In this document: positions 1-11,809 of the stretch, in pieces
Layout of the letters: each line of letters begins with the position of its first letter
How positions within the stretch are numbered: position 1 is the stretch's first letter
Assembly: GCF_004010195.1 (NCBI RefSeq)
Contig: NC_057751.1
Location: 17,193,090-17,250,538 of the forward strand
DNA from: Chiloscyllium plagiosum
Lineage: Eukaryota
Direction: 5' to 3'
DNA: 57,449 nt
Translations under genes and position numbers: made by a program
Notes under the pieces: generated by a model
Databases searched by the model: none
Told to the model about the DNA's origin: nothing
What the model saw: the letters and a program-made list of their open reading frames with translations, nothing else

Positions 1-13
1 GCTGCTCAATGAT

Positions 14-100
14 TTAGTTTAGTTAGAGGATATGGCGTGGCACAGGCTTGCAGGGATTAGGCGCCTATTCCGGTGCTGTAACTTTCTTTGCTCTTTGTTC
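14..100 (+). mobile_element. 3' tail remnant of a CR1-type LINE
   Basis: Degenerate gcacaggcttg...gcgcctattccggtgctgta motif followed by a (ctttgttc)-like tail, resembling the CR1 3' ends elsewhere in the window. Confidence 0.45.
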
Positions 101-164
101 AATAAGCTCCTCACCTTCATGGAATGGACAGGTAAACCCTAGTCTCAGTAATGTGTCGAATATG

Positions 165-324
165 TAAGACGAGGACTGCAGATGCTGGAAGCCGCAGTCT
201 GGATTAGCGTTGTGTTGGAAAAGCCCAGCAGGTCAAGCGGCATCCAAGGAGCAGGAAAATCGACATTTCGGGCAAAAACCCTTGATCAGGAATCAGGCTG
301 GCTTTTCCAGCAACACTCTAATCC
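165..324 (-). mobile_element. Penelope-like pLTR fragment with short inversion
   Basis: Flanked by a direct repeat gtgtcgaatatg (153-164 and 328-339). 295-325 is the reverse complement of ~200-230. A degenerate hammerhead-like motif is on - (ctgatcaagggtttttgcccgaaatgtcga). Confidence 0.65.
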
Positions 325-339
325 AACGTGTCGAATATG

Positions 340-800
340 GCTGCCTGTGGATGGGATAAACGTTCTTAGGTATTGTGCATGACGACTCAGAGTGGTTAAA
401 TGTGCGTGGATTTCATTCCTCAAACACGCAGACAGTGATAGAAGAGTTGGTAGCATCTTTTGCCATATGCTGACGCCCAAAAATGTTGGTCACAGACAAT
501 GGGCCATCTTTAACTAGCACGGATATTCAATATTTACTAAAGTCCGAATGTTTTTTGCCAAATAGGAGCTGCTACGCAACACTGATATTCCAGTGGGCTG
601 GTGGAAACAGCAATACAAACTTTGGAGCTCGGCTTTAAAAAAAAAAGCCTGCAGCTTCACTCATCACCAAATTTGTCCATTTCCTATTTGAGAACCAGAC
701 CAGTCTGCATGCATATACAGGCATAGCTCTCACAGAATTGCTACTGGGGAGAAGATTCCGCAGCAGTTCAAATCTGATCATCCCAGACCTGGGACAGCTG
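340..800 (+). mobile_element. Gypsy LTR-retrotransposon integrase core relic
   Basis: Frameshifted translation gives MLVTDNGPSLTS, SGLVETAIQTL and TGIALTELLLGRRFR, typical of the DDE integrase core of Ty3/Gypsy elements. Confidence 0.7.
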
Positions 801-856
801 GTACCATAAATCACAGGTGTCGCCCTGGATGGGTAAGCTGCATGGTCCACATGATG

Positions 857-1073
857 CTGAAAATGTGTTGCTGGAAAAGCGCAGCAGGTCAGGCAGCATC
901 CAGGGAACAGGAGAATCGACGTTTTGGGCATAAGCCCTTCTTCAGGAATCAAAGAAGGGCTTATGCCCGAAACGTCGATTCTCCTGTTCCCTGGATGCTG
1001 CCTGACCTGCTGCGCTTTTCCAGCAACACATTTTCAGCTCTGATCTCCAGCATCTGCAGACCTCACTTTCTCC
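857..1073. mobile_element. Penelope-like pLTR fold-back insertion
   Basis: 87-bp inverted arms 856-942 and 952-1038 (1 mismatch, 9-nt loop). 14-bp target-site duplication tggtccacatgatg at 843-856 and 1074-1087. Confidence 0.8.
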
Positions 1074-1475
1074 TGGTCCACATGATGTCACGTCCCATTA
1101 TGTATAATTGTTCAGAACCTGAGGTTTTCCTAAACATGCACGTACACCACATGAAAGCTGAAAACTTTCAACTGAGTCAGGAACGAAACATATCCAGTCA
1201 CTCAGAACTGCAGGAAAGGTTATCAGAATATTTATGTTTTCACCCGCCCTCTAGCATCAAAGACAAGTCAGAGTTTTTGATGTACACGACTGATTTCACA
1301 GCCTCGAGCCCTTTAACACCTAAAGAATAAGATTAATTTCTTGCGAGATGCTCCGACCAAGAGGCATGCAATGGTCTAATGCAGTCCACCCTTAATGGTT
1401 TGAGTGTAAGAGACCAGACTCAGTACGACAACAATAAAGAACAGGCCTATATCCCCGAGCTTAAAGTGAACGGGA

Positions 1476-1708
1476 AGTCGTGACAGTAATGAGGTCTACA
1501 ATGTGGACCTCATAACATATCAGCTTCCTTATTGAAGCTGTGAATCTGGTCCAGTCAGGGAGTTCTGCTGACAGATATAAACAGGACTGTCAGAGGCTCT
1601 GTTTAGTCTGACAGCTGGCTCTGAGGAAGCCGGACCAATGCCAATTACTACATACTTCTAAATAAAGGGTGACTTGGTCCGGAATATTGGCCTTGTGGAG
1701 TTATTTCA
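1476..1708 (+). mobile_element. 3' LTR of the Gypsy relic
   Basis: Purine-rich tract just upstream (1463-1475), TATA-like gatataaa ~1574-1581, AATAAA 1661-1666, ends ttatttCA. Confidence 0.6.
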
Positions 1709-1965
1709 GAGTAGATTTCACGAAAGGGCGAAAAGGAAGAGATAGCATCAGCCTTTAGTTGGGAGACACGCTACAAATTCAATCCGCTCCCAATAGGCAA
1801 TCTCAGAATGAACCTGACAATTTGCAAACTTCCCATGTGTTGTCCTTAGAAGAGCTGTTTCATTACTTGCTACTTAATAGCATTGGACGATTTAGAGTGA
1901 ATAGTGCATGCAGTCAGGTCAACATTTTTACCCATTCCCTCATCGTCCAATTGGCAGTTCTGAAT

Positions 1966-3227
1966 TAAGTCCCCTGGGCCTGATGGCATTTATCCTAGGA
2001 TTCTCTGGGAAGCAAGGGAGGAGATTGCAGAGCCATTGGCCTTGATTTTTATGTCCTCGTTGACTACAGGAGTAGTGCCAGAAGATTGGAGGCTAGCAGA
2101 TGTGGTTCCCTTGTTCAAGAAGGGGAGTAGGGATAACCCTAGTAACTATAGGCCGGTGAGTCTCACTTCTGTTGTGGGCAAAATCTTAGAGAGAATTGTA
2201 AGGGATAGGATTTATGAACATCTGGATAGGAATAATGTGATCAAGGATAGTCAGCATGGTTTTGTGAAGGGCAGGTCGTGCCTCACAAACCTTATTGAAT
2301 TCTTTGAGAAGGTGACTAAGGAGGTTGATGAGGGGAAAGCGGTAGATGTGGTATATATGGATTTTAGTAAGGCGTTTGATAAGGTTCCCCATGGTAGACA
2401 ACTGCANNNNNNNNNNNNNNNNNNNNNNNNNNNNNNNNNNNNNNNNNNNNNNNNNNNNNNNNNNNNNNNNNNNNNNNNNNNNNNNNNNNNNNNNNNNNNN
2501 NNNNNNNNNNNNNNNNNNNNNNNNNNNNNNNNNNNNNNNNNNNNNNNNNNNNNNNNNNNNNNNNNNNNNNNNNNNNNNNNNNNNNNNNNNNNNNNNNNNN
2601 NNNNNNNNNNNNNNNNNNNNNNNNNNNNNNNNNNNNNNNNNNNNNNNNNNNNNNNNNNNNNNNNNNNNNNNNNNNNNNNNNNNNNNNNNNNNNNNNNNNN
2701 NNNNNNNNNNNNNNNNNNNNNNNNNNNNNNNNNNNNNNNNNNNNNNNNNNNNNNNNNNNNNNNNNNNNNNNNNNNNNNNNNNNNNNNNNNNNNNNNNNNN
2801 NNNNNNNNNNNNNNNNNNNNNNNNNNNNNNNNNNNNNNNNNNNNNNNNNNNNNNNNNNNNNNNNNNNNNNNNNNNNNNNNNNNNNNNNNNNNNNNNNNNN
2901 NNNNNNNNNNNNNNNNNNNNNNNNNNNNNNNNNNNNNNNNNNNNNNNNNNNNNNNNNNNNNNNNNNNNNNNNNNNNNNNNNNNNNNNNNNNNNNNNNNNN
3001 NNNNNNNNNNNACAGATGTTAGGGGTAGGTTCTTTACTCAGCGAGTCGTGAGTTCATGGAATGCCCTGCCAGTAGCAGTGGTGGACTCTCCCTCATTATG
3101 GGCATTTAAGCGGGCATTGGATAGGCATATGGAGGATAGTGGGCTAGTGTAGGTTAGGTGGGCTTGGATCGGCGCAACATCGAGGGCCGAAGGGCCTGTA
3201 CTGCGCTGTATTCTTCTATGTTCTATG
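1966..3227 (+). mobile_element. CR1 LINE, 5'-truncated ORF2 (reverse transcriptase), spans assembly gap 2407-3011
   Basis: ORF 2036 encodes PEDWRLADVVPLFKKG..NYRPVSLTS..QHGFVKGRSCLTNL..YMDFSKAFDKVPH. The 3' end has a (ttctatg)n tail. Possible TSD taagt at 1966-1970 and 3228-3232. Confidence 0.93.
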
Positions 3228-3249
3228 TAAGTATGTTACGTTGGTCTCA

Positions 3250-3470
3250 GGTGATCACAGGTAATGGCAGTATATTGTTCCCCCAATGGACACCTATGAT
3301 CCCATTCATTTCAATATAATATTTTCGAAAGTTTTCCGTGAGACTAACGTTTAAATTCCAGATTTTATGTTGCACTTTTTAAATCCACCAATGTGGTATT
3401 CGAACCAATATCCCCATCAGTTTGACCTGAGCTCATGATTATGAGCACAATGACATTAACAATATGTAAC
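3250..3470 (-). mobile_element. Decayed tRNA-derived SINE (SacSINE/DeuSINE-like)
   Basis: B-box-like gttcgaatac on - and taaattccagattttat motif shared with the copies at ~8370-8640 and ~18640-18830. Confidence 0.4.
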
Positions 3471-3479
3471 TGCTGTTAC

Positions 3480-3720
3480 TCACAAATTCACTTGCTCGAT
3501 ATCATGCTTTCACTTTTTCGCTCATTCACACACTTAATCTCGCACATTGGAACCCCTTTCGAATCACATAATTACTGAAATTATAACACATACACTCACT
3601 CGCACACACGGTCCGTGACTCATACATTCACACATTCAGTCAAGTAACAACACACACATTCAATTACACACATGCATTTGCACACATTTACTCACTCCCA
3701 TTCATTACAACATGCATATT
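3480..3720. repeat. CA-rich low-complexity tract
   Basis: Dense cacaca/ctcact repeats. A TG-rich counterpart lies at ~4078-4330. Confidence 0.7.
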
Positions 3721-3885
3721 GAAAGACAGTGCACGTGAGTCAAAAAGTTGGCGCTGAAAAAGCACTTCTTCCAGAGAGTTGTGTCCGTGGAGTCCTTTTC
3801 CACAGAAAATGGTTAAAGTGCAACGTCAAATGTTTTATGAAAGATTTAGGGTGTAGGTTTGCTTGCTGAGCTGTAGGTTTGATAT

Positions 3886-3925
3886 CCAGACGTTTCATTA
3901 CCTGGCTAGGTAACATCGTCAGCGG
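3886..3925 (-). ncRNA. Minimal type-I hammerhead ribozyme motif within a Penelope-like fragment (~3849-3942)
   Basis: - strand reads CCG-CUGACGA-U-GUUACCU(AGCC)AGGUAAU-GAAAC-GUC-UGG: intact core, 7-bp stem II, palindromic ACGU stem III, 3-bp stem I. Confidence 0.65.
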
Positions 3926-4924
3926 CGATCTCCAAGTGAAGCAAAAGATGTTTAGTTTAGTTTTTCGGCCTTATATAAATTGCATTTTGGGGCAATTCGA
4001 AAGTCCAAATGGTTAACTTCTGAGCTATTTCTGTGTTTCTATCTACGAGCTATTCTTTTGTACATGCGATAGAACCTGTGTGTATGTGCATGTGTACGCA
4101 ATGTGACTGCATGCGTGTGAGAGAAACAACTGCGACGGTGTGTGTGTTTTTGATTGTGTATCAATGAGAGAGTGTGTGCATGTGTATTTGTGAGCTGTCC
4201 AATTGTGAGCATATATGTATGGTTTTGTGAATGGGAGGGTGTTTGTGTGTGCTTGTGCATCGTAGAACCATAGAATGTGTTAGTGAGAAAGTGTACGTGT
4301 GAGAGTGCGTGTATATATATTTGTGAGTTATCGAAGTGTGGCACTCCTCTCAATCCCTGCACGCTGACCTCGAAAAATGTGACTAGAACTTGTGCCTTCA
4401 TTGTCACTTTGGTCCAGCTCAATGCGAGTGTGATGATTTACAATCTGAATGCATCTCCTCAAACCACACTGACATTCATTTCTCAATTCATTCCCTCGAT
4501 GAAGGAACTCTTAACTGTGACATGTCCACACCCTTGTATATTACACGACAAGTGTGCACTGAAAGCATTTGAAATCTTTGGAAAATCTGTGTGAAGCTGA
4601 TGTACAATACTCGCTGGGAGTCTGTAATTTGGAGCATTCCAACCTGTAAGCATGTAATTGCATATTATGTTAAAGTTGTTAGAGTGAACATGTTATGCAA
4701 TTACTATTGAAGTAATCAGGCAGTTTTATTGGAAATGCATGAAAACTGATAACTTAACGGTGTACACGTAAACATCTGAATTGAAATGACATGGTGAGAC
4801 TAGCTTCAAAATTCTCTCTCTCAAGCTCGTTGTATTCAGCTTTCAGGTACAGATAAACACCACATGTGGTGACGAAATTTACAAGCGTCTAAAGCACGAG
4901 AACGTACAATACATTTGAATCGTT

Positions 4925-5660
4925 ATTAATCTGGATTAATACAATCCACTCCATAAAGGGAGTAACGAAGGACTATCTAATAAGCTACCTGGTGTGTCTG
5001 GCAATATTCTGCGATGTCATGACCAAATCCGAATACGCCAACTTTCCTTGGTCCTTTGCATGAATCCCATGTGGGCTGGTAATGAGAGTTCTAAACAGAG
5101 ACATCCACTGACTGGTAGTTGTTAAGATATAAATCCATTGAGTTTGCTAATATCATTTAAACAAGAAAAGAAATGAAGGAATGAATGAATGAAAGAAAGA
5201 AAAAAAACGAATGCATGAATACATTGTCATATGTATGTCACAGCAAAAAGAAAAACAAAAAAAAAATGCAGTGAAAAGCTTTGCAAAGTAGCCACTATCA
5301 TCTTTGTCTGGTCAGCATGTGAGAACAGACCAATCGTCTTGTGATGCATCTTTTCAACTGAGCACAAAATAATTACTGTAATAATGATGCCGACATTATA
5401 AATCAATACAGAAAAAAACCGTTCATTGTGAGCTTTGTTTTTCAACTGCATTTCGATTTTATGCCTTATTAAATAAGTATTGGAACACACAAGGACAAGT
5501 GCTTTTTGTCTATTTCCTGTGAGCTGTTCACTCCGCTGTTCTGAATAGTTACTGTGATCCTCTCACCATATATCTAATGCATTGGTGGATGCTTCATCAT
5601 TGGGATTTCGGAATCATACAAAGAGACTCCGAGGCTCCAGTAGAATAGTGAAGGAATTTT
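4925..5660 (+). pseudogene. Heavily decayed GPR139-like GPCR exon-2 relic
   Basis: Collinear frameshifted motifs match the intact paralogue at 16681-17552: GLSN..SYLVCLA (vs GLS..LYLLAMA), YANFPWSF..IPC..VLNR (vs YDYFSKSF..TPVC..LNR), IVICMSQQKEKQK/CSEK..ENRPI (vs VTICWQQKLKLKYCTEK..KNIPI), LFTPL, KRLRGS. Multiple stops and a (gaat)n insertion at ~5165-5220. Confidence 0.55.
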
Positions 5661-7199
5661 AAGAGCTAAATATCTCCTTAATTACTCACCACAGAGGGCA
5701 ATGGTCATTCATTGAGAAGTAGCTGGAGATTGAGTTTTCGTGACTGAACACCATAACATTCAGCAAAGTGCAATGATTAAAAGACGACAAAACAAAATAG
5801 AACAACCAGCAGCAACCCAGAGGGGACCATCAGAGAAAGAAACAATTGATGACTCTGATGATCCAAAGTTGACATGAATCATCCCAGCAACCTTTCATCA
5901 TCGGAACCATTAACAAGAACCCGTTGCATTCTGTCGTCTCAGTTCCGTTGTCATTGCAGCTGCTGACATAGAAGGCGCTGTTGCTGTTTGGAAATTAAAT
6001 TATGCAGGGAAACGTCAACTCTCAGATGCTTTCACCTCACCCAACCTTCCCAAGCCCACACATGACCACATCATTCTAAACTCTTTTCTTTTGAGACCGT
6101 ATATGACTAGACCTTAGTCGTTGAAACTGTTCTCCATGTCGAGAAGAAACCTGAATTGCGATCTGACAGATGTTTGCGAAATTATTAGTTGCCTGAATCG
6201 AGTAGAAGGGGGTGAACGTATGGACAAGAAATAGATGTAACCGATATAAATTGGTTTACGAAGGTAGTAGTGTGATATGAAGCAAATACATTTTATTTAT
6301 ACAGAGACTAGTGTATGGAAAAATGGTGTAGCAGGTACAATCGTGCATTTCAGAAGGACCATTGGATGCTTACTTGGATTGTATGGTCCACAAAGATATA
6401 GTGGAAAAGCAGGAGATCAGCGCTGGGGAATTGATCCAAACTAGATCTTAGAGCTGGCGTGATGAGATGAGTGGCTTCCATCTACACCGTGACTCATCTT
6501 TTGTTTTGTCTTCTCTGTTCCGCAGACCTCATTTCACCCTGCCCAACACACAGCAACAAATATCGCATTGCTTTTCCAAATATCCCCAAACAGGGGATTG
6601 AATTCGCCACCAAGTCTTTCCAAACTGTACCAACTTGAGGCGTTAATCCTTCTTCACTACTGAAGCTAAACATGCTGGACGCATGTGACAAAAGCAAAAA
6701 TTGCAAAAAAGATCATCAGTTCAGAAAGCACCCGAAGGCAGAGAGACAGAGTTATCCTTTCAGTCTCTGCTCCAACAATCGATACATGAAACTAGAGAGG
6801 AAGATCAAGAATATAAATAAAATATCATTGTCTAACATTATTACAAATTGAATGTAAATCGGGACAGAGATTAGAGTGGAAGGTCAAAAATTGAAAGGGC
6901 AAGAAAAAATATGCTCACAGAAATAGTTGAGCAGGAAACAGTTATTGGAAGGAATTGTTGAACATGATAACGGCCAATCATCCAACTTTATCCCAGTTCC
7001 ATATCTCTTCCGCCATGTCCTTTAGTTCCTTGAGTTCAGAAAAATAAATCTTCCTCCTTCTTGAAAGCATTAAATATACTGACCTTAGCCACTTTATGTA
7101 GCAGATAAATTCACAGGTTCATGAGCCTCTTGGTGAATCTCATCATTTCAACCCAGATTGCCCATTCCAGATCCTTAATCATTAATCCCTTATCTATTC

Positions 7200-7620
7200 T
7201 TCTGCATTTGACCCCAGAGAGAATGTTTTAATGATTTGAAGGTAGCTGCATGCTTTTTGCCAAGAAAAATTGGAGTTATTGGCATGAGAGTATTCGTTTG
7301 GACTCGGTAGATGAAACTACACACTAAGGCTGACACTTTGCATGCCTGCTCTTGAATTAGTTGATCGGAGAGTGCAGCAAAAAAATGAACCCTGCAAATT
7401 TTGGGCGCTGCACTTAGCCTGGAAGATTTTAATGTATAATGGAGTAATGCTTTAAATTTTATCCATTGTTTTGAATGTCCCAGGAATGTCCGATATGTCA
7501 GTATGAATATTCTTGATGCAATATCAATGTTAGCGTGCACACACCCCGGGAATACATGATGCAGAAAATGCGGAATCCTGAACCCTTTAGCTAACACGTG
7601 CTCTGATTCTTTGTTCTTCA
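7200..7620 (-). pseudogene. Possible decayed NLR NACHT-domain exon relic
   Basis: ORF 7190-7675 aligns loosely, from my memory of fish/shark NLRs, with the NACHT stretch: LAKG..F..VF, I..RI..IL, W...LL, CKVSALVCSFI (cf. C.VSDIVYSLI). Walker motifs are not intact. Confidence 0.35.
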
Positions 7621-8369
7621 AAAATGAAAACGTTGCTTCACCCTGTATCTTTTCCAGCTCTCGACCTAACCTCACAATGTCTGATACAGACAGTTTCGCG
7701 GAAATTTTAAGCTTTGTCGAATGCTGCTCTGCTCGTGTTCTAGAAATGTTTGATGTGGGCAGTTAAAATGGATTTTTAGGGCATATCTAACCCCATGCTG
7801 TATCTGCCCTGGGAGTGTTCAATGGGGATAATATTGTGGTAAACCTACTCGTTATCTAAACCCATGCTGTACATGTCCTGAGAGAATTTGATAGGGATGC
7901 TTCAGAAGGAGCACAATGTTGCATCGAAATCTATGCTGTCCTTTTCTGTGCAGAACACAGAAGGGGAAATCTATGCATGTTAAATGATTGAAAGAAGCTG
8001 CGTTCGCTATCCAACACAGTTCTGTCCCTGTCCTGAGAGCTTTAGATGGTAACGTTGCGAGGAAAGCTGTATTCTGTATTATACCCAAACCATGATTTAG
8101 CTGTGAAGGTCGTCTTGGGTACAGTGCAGAGATAACTTTACTTTCTCATTAGAAGTGTCCAGGGAGGCATATACTTTATTAATGCTGTTCTTGCCCATGA
8201 CCGTTTAAATAAATCACAGTGTAGTGTGACAACAATTCTATATCGAATTCCATGTTGTCCTTGTTTTGGGAGTGTTCGGTGTGATCTATGTACAGGAAAC
8301 GTTCTATGTTTCAGTCATTCAGGTAATGATAGTGCGACGGGCTAGATCAACATTATGCTCATTCATGCT

Positions 8370-8640
8370 TGCTTAAAGGGCAGTTTAAAAGTCAATCCCA
8401 AATCTTTGCGTCTGGAATCACATGCAGGCCAGGCAGGATAAGGATGGAAGTTTCCTTCCCTAACGAAATAAATAGATTTTTCGAATACCTTGACAGCTGA
8501 TTCATAGCTGTCATTGGACTGTGAATTTCGATTAAGTTCGCATTCCACAAACTGCCAAGGTAGGGTTTGAACCTGCTTTCTATGACATTACCCGGGGATC
8601 TGGAAAACACGCTTCCAATCATACCAGTAGGCTATCCTAA
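8370..8640 (-). mobile_element. Decayed tRNA-derived SINE (SacSINE/DeuSINE-like)
   Basis: ccaggcaggataaggatggaagtttccttccctaa and gggtttgaacctg motifs; same family as ~3250 and ~18640. Confidence 0.5.
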
Positions 8641-9540
8641 TTTTGCGTCAAACTGCTGCATCTTCCCTGAGCCGAGTGGCAGAACAGAGATTTCCCACTT
8701 TTACTTTCAGGAATGTCTACGTTCGTGCTATCTCTGCCACTGGACTTTTTGATGTGGACAATGCAGAACGAGCTTTACTTTCTCTTTCAAATTGCACTGG
8801 TAGCTTTTCTCTGCTGATCACCCAGTGCTGTAACTTTTCAAAGAGTGATGGATTGAGACACTGCTGAGAGGATATTAACATATATCAAACCAGGTGCTTT
8901 TCATATTCTGGGAATGTTAGATGCTGACTGTGCAGAGAGGTTTCCTATTTTGCAACTGCCTTGCAGTTGTTTGCTGCGTTCAGTGTAGACGATGTCCTTC
9001 TATTTAAAAGATCAGATTTCGTGTTGATCTGTATCTTATACAATGCTGAATCAGTTTGGTAGAGATTGCTGTGGCTGGAGTAGTGGAAATCTATTCAGCT
9101 ATTTGCACAGTTTTACTTTCCTGGGTGTGATTGATGTGGCACTGTATATGGAAATGTATTTTCCATTTAAAGATTAGAGAGTGTGATACTCTGCATTTCA
9201 CCCTGTGCTGTATTTCTCCTGGAAGTGTTTGATGACAACAGTGTAGACGCAGGTTTGCCTTTAGTTTGCAAGTGTGGAGACATTTACTCTGAATCTTACA
9301 TGTACCTAAACTGCAGATCCTTCGGGCAACAGTGTGGAGGGAGATTTATTTGGAAAGTATAGCCATCTTTAATGTATATCTGTCCCTGTTGTCAGAATGT
9401 TTGATGGAGGAGACTGTGAAGGGAGGTTTAATTTCAGTATAACAGTGCAGAGGGATTTTCCGTTTCAGTTTGATTCAGTTGGCAGAGCTTTACTCTGCAT
9501 TCTGCTCGGTGTGGTCCCTGTCATGAGAATGGTTAATCCG

Positions 9541-9826
9541 TAAAATCCCTGCAGTGGGGAAATAGGGCCTTTGGCCCAACAAGTACACACCGTCCCTCCA
9601 ATCCCACTACATTGACCACTGATTCATGCACCTAACCTACACCTCCCTGAACACTATGGGCAATTTAACATGTCCAATTCACCTAACCTGCACATATTTC
9701 GATTGTGGTGGGAAACCGGAGCCAACCCGAGCAGAGATGGCGAGGATGTGCAAACTCCAGACAGACAGTCGATGAACGCAAGTCCCGGGCGTTATGAGGC
9801 AGCATAGCTAACCACTGAGCCACCGT
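9541..9826 (-). mobile_element. HE1/V-SINE-type tRNA-derived SINE
   Basis: - strand starts acggtggctcagtggttagc (A-box), contains a V-domain-like tggagtttgcacatcctc..ctccggtttccc and a CR1-derived tail. Confidence 0.85.
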
Positions 9827-10369
9827 AGGGAAACAGTGAAGGGGTTCTTTATCATCAGTTTAAGAGTTGAGAGAAATTTAACCCCATGCTTTCCATATCA
9901 AAGGAGTATTTAATGGGGACAGTTTAGAGGGAGATTTACTCTGCATTTCACGTCATGTTTTCCCTGCTCTGAGAAGGAATTGCATTACACAACTTCCACT
10001 ACTATTGTGAGCAAGAATGTATATCAGGGCACAACCAAACAACCCTGAGTACGTTCTTTAAATTTGGAAATGCAATGCTTTGCAGCGAGAGGCAAAGGGA
10101 CAGTCATTGCTGAAAATAAATTGTGAGCTCCAAGATAGAAATCACAGCTTTTCCAACATCTTCTCTATTGATGCTTCTAACAAATTTTGATCACGTTTAA
10201 CATCACTATGTTATCAGACTCGCCTTTTTTTTTGAGAGAAGTAGATGTTTGTCAGAATACTTAATTGCAGTGGATTTTTAACTGATGAGGGAATTAACTC
10301 AACTGTCATGATGTGATGCTTCGAAATTCAAAAAAATAATATGAAACATGATGCAATCGCCCTGCAGGG

Positions 10370-10375
10370 TATAAA
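10370..10375 (+). promoter_or_regulatory. Candidate TATA box of the GPR139-like gene
   Basis: TATAAA about 90 nt upstream of the ATG at 10463. Positional evidence only. Confidence 0.4.
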
Positions 10376-10462
10376 CCTAAGACGTTGGGAATGTAACACC
10401 GCAGGTTTTAAGGCAGAGGGACTTGCTGCAGCCGAAAAAGCACAGCTCATTTCGCAAGGAAA

Positions 10463-10529
10463 ATGCATCTTCCAATTCAAACAATTCGGAAAGTCTTTTA
10501 CATGATCATAGGCATCATTGGAGTTCCTG
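10463..10529 (+). CDS. GPR139/GPR142-like GPCR, coding exon 1 (MHLPIQTIRKVFYMIIGIIGVP-)
   Basis: ATG at 10463, 22 codons plus 1 nt, then donor G|gtaaat at 10530. It splices in frame (phase 1) to the acceptor tttcccatag|TA at 16680/16681, completing TM1 as IGVPVNIVTIAIL. Confidence 0.88.
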
Positions 10530-11809
10530 GTAAATGTTAATAATCATTGCTGTTCTAAACTGTTTATAACCTGCTTCCTGCACTTATATCTTCACGGCTC
10601 ATGTGATATGTTGAGTTAGTATTGAGAAGGAAAATCAAAGATATTCAGCAATGGCATTCTGCTAAATTCTTGGTCCTCATTTATTTGTGTACTTTATTTC
10701 TACTGTCTTGGCTGTTTGGAGATCATAACGCTTTGTATTGTGTCAGTACTGCATTCGGTGGAACAATGCATTGAAAACATGGAACAAAGTTTTTTGAGAG
10801 AGCAAACAAATAGCGAGAATCAAACTAATGAGCTCAAACGTGAATACACACATCATTGTGCAAGGAAAGTAAAACAATATCTTTTTCGAATAGCAATATG
10901 CTGTGAATTGTGGATTTAGAAAGAAACCTTGTTACTTTTTACCCCGGTCAATGAAAGCAAACAATTGAGAAGGCATGTTGTATAATGCCTGAAATTGCAA
11001 GAAAACTTGAAATCAGAATTTAGAGATGTCTTAGTGTGGTTATGCAGGGTCGTGGTGAGTCTGCACTGGAAGTTTGTGTGCAGTTTTGGAGTCCTTGTCT
11101 CAGCTAGGGCATTTATGCTATTGAGGAAGTTCAGCAGACGATCTCGAGGCTGTGGCAGCATGTAGGAATGCATGCGAATCATTTTGAGATGAAGGATCAA
11201 TCATGATTGGGAACGGCTTGAATGGCCGAATGGCCTACTCCTCCTCTGAGCTGCTCTTTGTTGCCTTCTATGAAAGAAGGACAGTTAAAAGTAGAATTGC
11301 AATTAACTTGGTCACTACCTGTACTTAAATAAGTGACTACAAGTACCAAGTATGCTCTTGAACAAGCATCATTATATATTAGTGTTCAGTTTGAGAGATA
11401 TGTCCCCTCATCTCCTAGTGCAATTGTAGTTAGTGCTATCTGTTAGTCGCCTACATGGAGCACAGATTGTTCAGTGATGCCTAACGAAACTGCTTTAAGG
11501 CTATACATTATGCTTTTGCTATTGAAAAAAAAAATGCCGCTGAATGTGACAGCTGAGTATTGGCGATGCAGATTGGTGAGCACAAAATTTGGGCTTGCAT
11601 CATAATCGCATTACATGTGTCTTCATGCGCCATGCCAGTTTCTGTCCATTCCAGTTCTTCCAATCCACCCTAATGTATATCACAATTTCCATCTAACCTG
11701 TGCATTAAAAAGTTTTACTTGTCAAATGATTAATGCAGTGTCAAGCTCTTGATCTACATAGGCCTTTGTTGAATTCTTCTCAGAATGTACAGACTTGTTT
11801 TAAAAATCA

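Larger units (their letters stand above)
7630..9975 (+). repeat. Degenerate 69-bp tandem satellite, interrupted by SINEs
   Basis: Recurring unit approximating actctgtatctaaccccgtgctgtccctgtcctgggagtgtttgatggggacagtgtagagggagcttt (e.g. 7785-7860, 9480-9540, 9900-9975). Confidence 0.75.

Noticed and set aside
842..1330. 162-aa ORF as a gene
   Set aside because: It spans the Penelope-like fold-back and the Gypsy relic, with no protein family resemblance.
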